DNA of 64,000 nucleotides from Verrucomicrobiota bacterium (GTDB taxonomy: Bacteria > Verrucomicrobiota > Verrucomicrobiia > Limisphaerales > SIBE01), in assembly GCA_016871515.1 (NCBI GenBank), contig VHDE01000005.1:21191-85190 (forward strand). The letters are read 5' to 3'. The notes under the pieces are model-generated. The model was not told the origin of the DNA, made no database searches, and worked only from the letters and a program-made list of their open reading frames with translations. The first letter of the stretch is position 1. Every line of letters begins with the position of its first letter. The position numbers and the translations under genes are program-made. Shown piece after piece: positions 28,472-37,300 of the stretch.

Positions 28472-29101
28472 ATGTTTTCCATTCAACGGCTTTTTGGCAG
28501 AGACGACAAGTTCTTCGACTTGTTGGAAGCAAGTGCGGAAGAATCCCGCGAAAGCGTGCGTGCGCTGAACCGTGTTCTCTCGAATCCAGCCCGGGTTCCC
28601 AGTCTAACCGAGTTTCATCAATCGAAGGATGCGGACAAGCAGATTACCGAGCAAATCAACGAAGCCCTCGTCAACACCTTCGTCACGGAACTGGAACGTG
28701 AAGATGTCGAAGCGCTGAGCGCCACCCTCTATAAGATTCCGAAGACAGTTGAGAAATTTGCCGAGCGCTTCATCATTAGCGCACGCGTTGTTCAGAGTAT
28801 GGATTTTTCCAAACACATCGCTCTCTTGGACGCTGCGACCAATCACATCGTCGATATGGTAAAACGGTTGCGCGCGAAGCCCAGCGTTGAAGCCATCAAG
28901 AAGATGAACGCTCGAATGCAAAACATCGAAGCTGATGGCGACAGGCTCATTCTCCAAGTGCTCCAGGACCTCTACAGCGGAGCACATGATCCCACCAAGG
29001 TCCTGGCGCTAAAAGACCTCTACGAACTGCTCGAAAAAGTAATTGACCGCTGCCGCGACGCGGGAAATGTCGTCACCCACATCGTCCTCAAAAGCGCCTG
29101 A
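28472..29101 (+). CDS. DUF47 (PhoU-like, Pit accessory) protein, copy 1
   Basis: From the ATG at 28472: MFSIQRLFGRDDKFFDLLEASAEES...ELEREDVEALSATLYKIPKTVEKFAERF...DLYELLEKVIDRCRDAGNVVTHIVLK, 209 aa. Confidence 0.85.
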   Translation: MFSIQRLFGRDDKFFDLLEASAEESRESVRALNRVLSNPARVPSLTEFHQSKDADKQITEQINEALVNTFVTELEREDVEALSATLYKIPKTVEKFAERFIISARVVQSMDFSKHIALLDAATNHIVDMVKRLRAKPSVEAIKKMNARMQNIEADGDRLILQVLQDLYSGAHDPTKVLALKDLYELLEKVIDRCRDAGNVVTHIVLKSA

Positions 29102-29143
29102 GCCATGCATCTTCAGTCTAACAAGTTTCGCTCGCCGCTGGAC

Positions 29144-29235
29144 AGGGTCGGACTGCCAGGCCGACCGGTCTTGCGCTCTCATGTTCAATTCGCTCACGGT
29201 GCATGCTCCAGCGGTCGGCCTGGCAGTCCGACCCT
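29144..29235. repeat. REPIN-like doublet, family B (unit GGTCGGACTGCCAGGCCGACC)
   Basis: agggtcggactgccaggccgaccg (29144-29167) has its reverse complement cggtcggcctggcagtccgaccct at 29212-29235. It lies between the two DUF47 paralogues. Confidence 0.85.
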
Positions 29236-29243
29236 ACCCTAAC

Positions 29244-29873
29244 ATGTTTTCTCTTCAGCGAATTTTCGGGCGTGACGATGAGTTCTGCGCTCTCTTCGAG
29301 GCAAGCGCCCAGGAAGCCTGCCAGAGTGTCGCGATGCTGCAACAGATTCTCCTGAACCGTGATATTGTGCCGACGCTCGAAGCCTTCGCTGACGCCCGCC
29401 GCAAAGAAAAGAAACTGAGCAATGAAATAGCCGATCTTCTCATTCACACGTTCATCACAGCCATGGAACGGGAAGACATCGAGGCGTTGGCCATGGCGCT
29501 CTATCGCGTACCCAAGACCGTCGAGAAGTTCGCAGAACGGTACATCATTTCTGCGGATCGGGTGCGGGACATCGACTTTTCTCGCCAGGTCAATTTGATG
29601 GACCGTGCGGCTACGGCCGTTTTCCAGATGATCAAGGCTTGGCGCGGTGGCGCGAGACTCAAGGAAATCAAGGCACTCAATGCAACCATTCAAAAGATCG
29701 AGAGCGATGCGGACGATCTTGTTCTCGAATTAACGGCCCAGCTTTATGCGGCTGGTGCCTCACCGTTGAAGGCCATCATTGCCAAAGACCTCTTCGAGCT
29801 GAACGAAAAGGTTGTGGACCGCTGTCGCGATGCTGGGAACGTCATTACCCACGTTGTCTTGAAGAACACTTAA
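29244..29873 (+). CDS. DUF47 (PhoU-like, Pit accessory) protein, copy 2
   Basis: From the ATG at 29244: MFSLQRIFGRDDEFCALFEASAQEA...AMEREDIEALAMALYRVPKTVEKFAERY...DLFELNEKVVDRCRDAGNVITHVVLK. It is also 209 aa and is collinear with copy 1, at roughly half identical residues by eye. Confidence 0.85.
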   Translation: MFSLQRIFGRDDEFCALFEASAQEACQSVAMLQQILLNRDIVPTLEAFADARRKEKKLSNEIADLLIHTFITAMEREDIEALAMALYRVPKTVEKFAERYIISADRVRDIDFSRQVNLMDRAATAVFQMIKAWRGGARLKEIKALNATIQKIESDADDLVLELTAQLYAAGASPLKAIIAKDLFELNEKVVDRCRDAGNVITHVVLKNT

Positions 29874-29909
29874 CCTACCATGAACCTGCTGGTGACCCTT
29901 CTCCCTACC

Positions 29910-30022
29910 CCTCTCCCCATCGGATGGGGCGAGGGAATGTTAGTGCGCAACCTGATCGGTCCACGATTATCCGATGCGCGCTCGCTCGCGTCTTTTCCTT
30001 CGCCCCATCCGATGGGGAGAGG
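29910..30022. repeat. REPIN-like doublet, family D (28-bp arms CCTCTCCCCATCGGATGGGGCGAGGGAA)
   Basis: The arm at 29910-29937 and the reverse complement of 29995-30022 (ttccttcgccccatccgatggggagagg) differ at one position. The element lies between DUF47 copy 2 and pit. Confidence 0.85.
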
Positions 30023-30082
30023 GGCTTCGTGCACCAAATTCAAGGTCCCAATGCGTGCGCGCAAAGCGGGTGGAGGCCCGCC

Positions 30083-31357
30083 ATGACCTTTGTTCTGTGC
30101 GTTATCGTGATTGCTCTGGCCTTTGAATACATCAACGGATTCCACGATACCGCCAATGCCATCGCGACTAGCGTGGCCACAAAAGCCCTAACGCCCACAC
30201 AGGCGATTTTACTTTCCGCAGCTTGGAACCTTGTGGGCGCTCTCATGGGGACAGCCGTTGCCAAGACGATCGGCAGCGGTTTGGTGGACACAAATCTCGT
30301 GAGCCCGGTGACAATCGCCTGCGCTCTGATGGGCGGGATTCTGTGGAATTTGTTCACATGGTACATTGGCCTGCCCAGCAGTTCCAGCCATGCGCTCATC
30401 GGCGGACTTTGCGGCGCGGCGCTGGCCTCCGCGAGCGGCGATTGGCATGCGATCGTTTGGCTGAAGAACACCGCCGTGGACGCCGCCGGCAACTTGCAGG
30501 CGCTGCCCTTTTTCAAATCAGGCGGACTCCTGCCGAAAGTCGTAGCTCCGATGTTTCTCGCGCCGCTAGCTGGCTTGCTCATCGCGTATTCGCTGGCAGG
30601 CGCCTTTTACCTTTTCCTTAGATATCCGCGCTTTCTCCCAGCGGTTTTCGGATTGTTAATTGGCTACGGTCTAACCTGGATTCTGCACACGATCACGCAC
30701 TGGCCACTCTTGGGGCAGACTTGGTTCCGAATTGCGGCGGGAGCTGCCGTGGCACTCCTTCTTTATCGACGGCAGATGCGCCTCTACATGAGCGGCGGCC
30801 TGACGACCACTCATATCAACACAGAGTTCCGCTGGTATCAGTTGGGAAGCGCGTCCTGGATGAGCTATGCGCACGGGTCTAACGATGCGCAAAAAACGAT
30901 GGGCGTAATCGCACTGCTCCTTTTCACAGCGACGACTCAGGGGGAAGCCTTCAAGAATTTGCCGGCCTGGCTTGAGTTTCTGCGCACGCCGCAGTTTGAA
31001 ATCGCGACTTGGGTTAAAGTTACCTGCGCAATCACTATCGCCCTGGGCACGGCTGCCGGCGGTTGGCGCATCATTAAGACGCTCGGCAAGAATATGGTGA
31101 AGCTGCAGCCTGTCCATGGATTCTGCGCTCAGACGACAGCGGCTGGTGTTATCGAGACGGCGACCGGTTTTGGTGTGCCTCTCAGCACAACTCACGTCAT
31201 CAGCGGATCGATCATGGGCGTTGGAGCAACGAAGCGCTTGAATGCCGTGAAATGGATGGTAGCCGAGCGCATGATTTGGGCATGGGTGCTAACGATTCCA
31301 ATTTGCGGTTTACTCGCGTTTTGCTTCACGTGGCTCGCCCACAAAGCCGGTTTTTGA
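30083..31357 (+). CDS. pit: Inorganic phosphate transporter, PiT family
   Basis: From the ATG at 30083: MTFVLCVIVIALAFEYINGFHDTANAIATSV, a second GSNDAQKTMG motif, and a multi-TM profile. 424 aa. Confidence 0.92.
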   Translation: MTFVLCVIVIALAFEYINGFHDTANAIATSVATKALTPTQAILLSAAWNLVGALMGTAVAKTIGSGLVDTNLVSPVTIACALMGGILWNLFTWYIGLPSSSSHALIGGLCGAALASASGDWHAIVWLKNTAVDAAGNLQALPFFKSGGLLPKVVAPMFLAPLAGLLIAYSLAGAFYLFLRYPRFLPAVFGLLIGYGLTWILHTITHWPLLGQTWFRIAAGAAVALLLYRRQMRLYMSGGLTTTHINTEFRWYQLGSASWMSYAHGSNDAQKTMGVIALLLFTATTQGEAFKNLPAWLEFLRTPQFEIATWVKVTCAITIALGTAAGGWRIIKTLGKNMVKLQPVHGFCAQTTAAGVIETATGFGVPLSTTHVISGSIMGVGATKRLNAVKWMVAERMIWAWVLTIPICGLLAFCFTWLAHKAGF

Positions 31358-31385
31358 AGGCTGTGCCAAGCGGCGTGGGACTACC

Positions 31386-31555
31386 TCACTGTTTCAGGCG
31401 GTAGAATCTCAAGCCGCTTGCCGCTGGAACATTTTGCCGATTGCTCTGGCTCGGCGCGGTGGTCCAAGGTCCGGTTACGGTGCTCGCTTGTTCCAAGGCG
31501 CCGTTGTCTGTGGTCTGCGCATAAAGCTTGCCGCCAACCGGAGGGCGCAACCAAT
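31386..31555 (-). pseudogene. Orphan C-terminal FYR-type module (no start, about 55 open codons)
   Basis: My reverse-strand translation ending at the TGA (31388-31386) gives ...GGKLYAQTTDNGALEQASTVTGPWTTAPSQSNRQNVPAASGLRFYRLKQ*. The frame closes at a TAA about 57 codons upstream. It is not in the ORF track. Confidence 0.35.
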
Positions 31556-31725
31556 GCGCACAGAGCGATTGGGATTATGCGAGGGAGTTGGGCTGGCGTC
31601 TTCATTCGTGCTTATTTGGTATCCATTAGCAGGACGTGTTTTGGAGCGGCGTCTCGTTAGAGCGCCGCTCTTGGCGGGCAAGAATGCGGCGCTCTCACGC
31701 GACGCCGCTCCAACGTGATCTAAAT

Positions 31726-32511
31726 TTAGGGTGATCGGCGGTCCTCATCCTGCGATTTCTCGTAAGCGATAAGGTAATTCGTCCCGCCCTTAACCCATTT
31801 CACGCTGCTGTCGCACATCAGGAAGTTCACGCCAACCGCGCCATGATTGTCATTGCGATCGGGATAATTGTTGATCGCGCCGGTTCCTTGGCGATCACCG
31901 TCGAAGACCAAATGGATATCTTTCGGACCGAACACTTGGCCTTTGAGGCCAAAAGCGCTTGATCGGTGAGTCCAATTCTGGACCGAGCGTTCGGTCTTGC
32001 GGGTGGTCCAATTCATGAAACCGTTAATCTCATAGCTAACGCCACGAAGATCCTGATTTTGGGTCGCTCCGCTGCGGGCACGCCGGTAAGGGGCCTGAAC
32101 AATTAGATCTGCAAGCACTCCGCGTCCCAAGAAAGTCGTCATATTGGTCCCGATAAAGTTATCAGTCGAAGGACAGACAAAGGCCGACCGCGCTTGAGCG
32201 CTTTGAATTTAATCCGGAGTCATCCAGCTCAGATCGTCGCTGCCGTCGTCAGGCGTTCCGGACAGCCAGCCTTGCGGGTTGTCCGACGCGTACATGGCGG
32301 AGGCAAGGCCCATCTGTTTGAGGTTGCCGACACAATTGATCCGTTTGGCTTTCTCTTTGGCTTTAGCCAGCGCCGGCAACAGCATTCCAGCTAGAATGGC
32401 GATAATCGCGATGACAACTAACAGCTCGATAAGGGTGAAGGCGCGTTGGGAACGAGAATGGGCGGCCTTGATGATCGTTGAGTTTGAAGACTGTTGGATG
32501 GGTTGCTTCAT
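31726..32511 (-). pseudogene. Prepilin-type/DUF1559-like gene interrupted by a single in-frame TAA
   Basis: ORFs 32209-32511 ([32 protein letters not shown]...SWMTPD*) and 31726-32142 are in the same frame. Reading through the TAA at 32211-32209 gives ...D*IQSAQARSAFVCPSTDNFIGTNMTTFLG... with no other stop. Confidence 0.7.
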
Positions 32512-32844
32512 AATACAGAATGGCTGAGTGCGGATGATTCTATCGTCTCGCGCGGTCGTTGCCTACATTTTTGGACATTCTTGGTGAGAAAAGGAAGAGA
32601 CCAGACCGGCGCCTGGCCTCGTCTATCCCGCGACAATGCATGTCTTCCAAGACCGCCTGCACCGCTATGCGAACAAGGGCGGCAGCCGCGAAAACTGGTT
32701 ATTGCTTTCGAGGCCATTGTTAAACTCGCCGGAGCACTACGGCGTAGCGACGCGATAGTGGAGAATATCTTTTCTAAGTGATCGCGTCTTTGCGACCCTG
32801 CGCCCTTGCGTTAAGTCAAAGTGTCGCGCTAATGCGGGTCCGTG

Positions 32845-34239
32845 TTACTTAGCCGGCTGGCCCGGATCTGGAAAACTCTTTGCCCCGTCATCCATCACCA
32901 ACACCCAATCGTTGCCTCGCCCGTAGGCTGGGGGCTCAAACTTGCGCGTGCCTAAACTCGGCAAATCCATGATGTGGGTCGATTTCCCGCTGCGAGGATC
33001 GAACCAAAAAGCCCTGATGCGTCCACCGGAAATCTTGCTCAAGTTGATATTGAGCGACCGGCCAGTAGGAGTGTAAACGAAGAGAAAGCTGCCATCGCTG
33101 GCTCGCGCGGCTTGCAGATGTCCCGCGCCCTCGCCGGGTTCACCAATGACAATGGATTGGTCAGGAACCAATTTTTGATAGGGCCGCGACTCGAACAACC
33201 GCCGTGCATAGCCGACTTGAAACGCGCCCGGATGATCGATGGCTTTCTTCCAATGAGTCCGCGCCGAAGAAATCGGTTTTCGATCGGGCTGCCAGAATTG
33301 CCAGATGTCATGATTCCCGTACGTATGACCGCAAGCACCGGCGAGCAAAGACCAGTAAGTCGCCTGGCGCACGTCCCAATCATCGAACCATCGATTCTCG
33401 GGCTTCCAATTGATGGGATGATCTTCGTAACGAGGTTCGCCATCTAAAGTTGGCTTCGGCGGAGTTAGAGCATAGTTCTTCGCCGTGAATTCGTAATTTG
33501 GAATATTTGTTTTCGCGTGGCCCGACTGAAACATATGGAAATTCAGCCAAGCATCGTTGTGGAACCATTGCGAAGAGTTGCCCGAACCTTGCGGATGAAA
33601 AGTGATCAAGTGATTTCCGCCATCGCCCTTTTTCAGCCCCTTGGCCATAGCGCGAATAGTTTCGAGATGCTTTTCGTTTTCTGGATTCCGATCGCCGCCC
33701 AGAATCCAAATGATCGGTTTCTCCTTGTAGCGTTTGCCGAGGAATTCCCCGTAAATCTCCGCGTTCGCCGGGGCGAAGATTTCCGGACCGACGCCCCACT
33801 TCTTGTTCCACTTGTCGCCCCAGGCTGGCAACATTCCAACGTAAAGGCCGAACTGCTGCGCTTTGTTGACGACGTAATCGACATGCTCGAAATACGGTTC
33901 GCGCGGTTTCGTGGGGTCATTGTTTTCAAGCGGGAGATGACCGTAGGCATTCGTCACGGTCAACCCATCAAACTCTGCGAGCACAACCGCTTGAATCACG
34001 GTAAAACCCTTGGCAACGCGATTCGACAGATAGAAATCGGTCTCCTCGCGATTGAGGCGATGGAACAGTTCCCATGCTGTGTCGCCGAGGTAAAAGAACG
34101 GTGAACCATCCGCTTTGCTGAGGAAGTGATTGTTGATGCTCACTTTTAAGCGCGGCGTTTCCGCAGCCTGCGCTAAAGCGAGGATCAGAAAAAGCGGGAC
34201 AGTTCTGTAGAGTGCGGAAATAAGCAACTTCATCGGCAT
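32845..34239 (-). CDS. DUF4038/GH140-like glycoside hydrolase
   Basis: From the ATG at 34239 (or 34233) there is a signal peptide (LLISALYRTVPLFLILALAQA). FFYLGDTAWELFHRLNREETDFYLSNRVAKGFTVIQAVVL...MLPAWGDKW matches the DUF4038 pattern. The C-terminal beta-rich domain resembles the so-called collagen-binding domain often attached to it. Confidence 0.7.
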   Translation of the reverse strand: MPMKLLISALYRTVPLFLILALAQAAETPRLKVSINNHFLSKADGSPFFYLGDTAWELFHRLNREETDFYLSNRVAKGFTVIQAVVLAEFDGLTVTNAYGHLPLENNDPTKPREPYFEHVDYVVNKAQQFGLYVGMLPAWGDKWNKKWGVGPEIFAPANAEIYGEFLGKRYKEKPIIWILGGDRNPENEKHLETIRAMAKGLKKGDGGNHLITFHPQGSGNSSQWFHNDAWLNFHMFQSGHAKTNIPNYEFTAKNYALTPPKPTLDGEPRYEDHPINWKPENRWFDDWDVRQATYWSLLAGACGHTYGNHDIWQFWQPDRKPISSARTHWKKAIDHPGAFQVGYARRLFESRPYQKLVPDQSIVIGEPGEGAGHLQAARASDGSFLFVYTPTGRSLNINLSKISGGRIRAFWFDPRSGKSTHIMDLPSLGTRKFEPPAYGRGNDWVLVMDDGAKSFPDPGQPAK

Positions 34240-34301
34240 ACCATTTGCGACAACGAATGCGCTGTCAACGTCGAGCCCCGGATTCTGCACCCTCAACCTT
34301 T

Positions 34302-34367
34302 AGGACAGCGCGTCCCGCCTGTCCGGGGTGCGCGTCAACGTTTGGACAGGCGGGACGCACTGTCCTA
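34302..34367. repeat. REPIN-like doublet, family A, third locus
   Basis: aggacagcgcgtcccgcctgtcc (34302-34324) and ggacaggcgggacgcactgtcct (34344-34366) are reverse complements with one mismatch. The element lies between the CotH-LTD stop and the GH140-like start. Confidence 0.85.
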
Positions 34368-34376
34368 CCACGACGC

Positions 34377-37300
34377 TCACGGTTGGCGGGGCGTCACGAT
34401 CCGGTAGTAGCGGCTTTGACTCGAATCGCCAATGGGATCAGTGAGTTCGATTCGGCGCGGCAAGTTCTGAGCCGGAACATCCATCCACTTCAACCAAGCG
34501 CCGTCGGCGATCGTGTTGCGATATTGAACCGTGTACGTTTTACCCGGCAACGCTGTGAAAGCGATGCGAACTTTGCCGTTGTCATCGCGCGGCCATTCCA
34601 ACGATTCGATGCGCAGCTTGCTTCGGGTGTCGCGAGGATTCGTCCCGCTCGTATATTCCTGCAAGTTGCTCTGGCCATCGCCATCGGCATCAGCCGCGGC
34701 ATCGGCATTCAAAAAAGGACTCAGGCCATTCGAAAGCTCCCAAGCGTCCGGCAATCCATCGTTGTCGGTATCCGCCCAGTTAGAGCGTCCGGGTGTTCCG
34801 GGACCGCCAAAAACTGTCGCCGCTCCATTGGGAATACGCGCCTGCGAAAGACCCGTCATCTGCAAACCATACATAACCACGTCAATCGCCGTGCGGTTTG
34901 ATGAATAAAGTCCCAGCGAACCGCCATTCGCATTCAATCGAAATCCAACATGATCAGCGCCAGCGCCAGTGTTTCCATCCGCGACCAACTTCAAGAATCC
35001 TCCGGGAGCAATGAATGACAGCGGCGCAAGCAATGAATTCGTCGGATTTGCCAGGTTGTCGGTTAGAAAGAGGCCGCCCAATGAAAGGGGTATGGCATCC
35101 GGATTGTAAATTTCAAACCAATCGGAACCCGATGCGGGATTAGCAGCCCATTCATTAATCCTCAGGTTTTCAACCGCCCCGGTTTGGGCAGGCTGATTGA
35201 GGCCGTTGGGTGTTGGAACATTTAGCGCCCAGTCACCGGCGCCATCTCCACCGCGGCCGACCGAAAGGTCAGCTAACTGCAAGCCTATCGTTACAATGTC
35301 TTTCAGGACTGGTCCGCTCGGAGATGAAGCAAATAAGCATATTGTCTCACCCTGCGCGTTTAATCCGAACCCGGCGTGCAAGCCAGGCGCTGCCGTCGCG
35401 TCATCGCACCAAACGACCAAATAACTCCGCGACGGAATGACGACACCTGGCGGAAACGCGTACTTGGCCGGCTCCCAGAAATCATCGGTTAGACTGAAGC
35501 CATCCAAGCTCCGTGGCTGATCGCTCGGATTGTACAGTTCAATCCAATCAGGATGCCGGTTGCCATGCGCAACGCTGTTTTGATTATTCGCCATGATCTC
35601 GCTCAACAATAGATCGCTGGCGTCGCGGACCGGTTGACCAAATGTGAACCATGTTTCACTCGATGCGATCGAAGGATGCCCGTTGTCGGCAACATAAGTG
35701 CACCGCCAAAAGTAAGCTTCACCCAATTGCAGCAAGTACGATGGCAATGGCAACGAAGTCAGGTCGGTCGTTGTTGTGGCTTGATAGACTGGTGCGTAGT
35801 AACTGCCCTTTGCCGATCGAATCGTCCAAGTCGTCGAGACATGCGCCAGCGGCGGATTCGTGGAATAACCGTAGCTTGAGGCCCGCAGTAGATCGAATGG
35901 GCCGGCCGATCCGCCATTCGCCGGCGTCAGATTGACTGGCCGGGTTGGGCGCTCGAAGGGACCGAGCGCCAATTGAGTATTCACAGCGTTGAGACGGGAT
36001 CTGGTCCAAGATCGGATTTGAGTCGGAAGCCCTATCGCTACGAGATGGTCCGGATGCAGAACCGTATTATTAAGCCACCAAGCGCGTTCCCGGAATTCTT
36101 GGCGGTAGGCAGCAATAAAGCTTTCCTTGAATCCGTTCGGGCCGGCGTGAAGAAGGCCTGTGAAGATCGATGTCGTATGAGAGGCGCCATTCATCACGCC
36201 GTCGAAATCCCACGGCAGCATCGACCATTTGCCGTCGCGCTGTTGCCAAATAAAGTAATTGTGAATGATATCATCCCACGGAGACATCCAATTGATGGCG
36301 GCCAGATAGGTCAATGTCTTGTCGAGGTCCCATTGTTCCGCGAAGTAAGGGCGCAGCTTGGAAATCTCTGCGGCGGTCGGTGGCTGAATGCGCCCGTTGC
36401 GCGCCTTCCACATCCCCTCGAGCATCTCCTTAAAAGCGGAATGGCCGCGCCAGCCATTGTTCTGCAAACCGTACGTCCACTCGTAGCGTTGGAGAGGAGT
36501 CCAAACGAGAACGTTTCGATTGGTTCGCGCTGGAAGCAACTTCCCATCAGCGCGGCCGTACGGCCCTCCAAAATTGTCGAAGACGCCTTGAGCTTTGAAC
36601 AGTTCGCCTGGCAGTTGTAATGGTTGTTCGGGATGTAACCGGAATTGTTCCTCGTGATAACGTTCGAGCATGGTTTCATCGTATTCATCCTGCTCCAGTC
36701 GGGGCAGCCGCGCTGTGTTGTTCATGTACAAATCCACCCAGCGCGTCGATGATGTCGGCAAGCCAACCGCTCGAAATACCATGTGACCACCCTGAGTCTG
36801 GTAATCCTTGTCCGTGACGAAGATTCCGGGCCGATTGTTGAACAAACGATAGCGGGGGAATTGCAATTTGTACGACCGCCGGTTGACATCGCGGCGAAAC
36901 TGGCTGCCATGATGCCGCATGCGAACGTCATAAACCACGCCGTCATGCGCGAAGACAGCAGGTTCAGCCGCATTCCATGAGGCGCGAGGCAATCCGGGTG
37001 GGTCAGGCAACGTGTAACGGCGCGGGTTTTGCGTGATGTTCGTTTGCAGCGTCCGCAAGCTTTTGGCGGAGATAAACAAATCGTAGGCTGGATTCACGGA
37101 CGTACGCGTTGGTGTCACAAAATAGGCGTGCCACGAAAATGGGTCATCCGCGCGCGGCGAAATGACTTCATCGCCATCGCCGCGATCGCCGCGGATGCGA
37201 TAGCGAACGATGCTGCGGTCCGGCAACCCCGGCAACTCAATGACAAAACGGCCTTCGGTGAAATTACCGAGCGGATACATTTCGACCACTGTGCGCGTTT

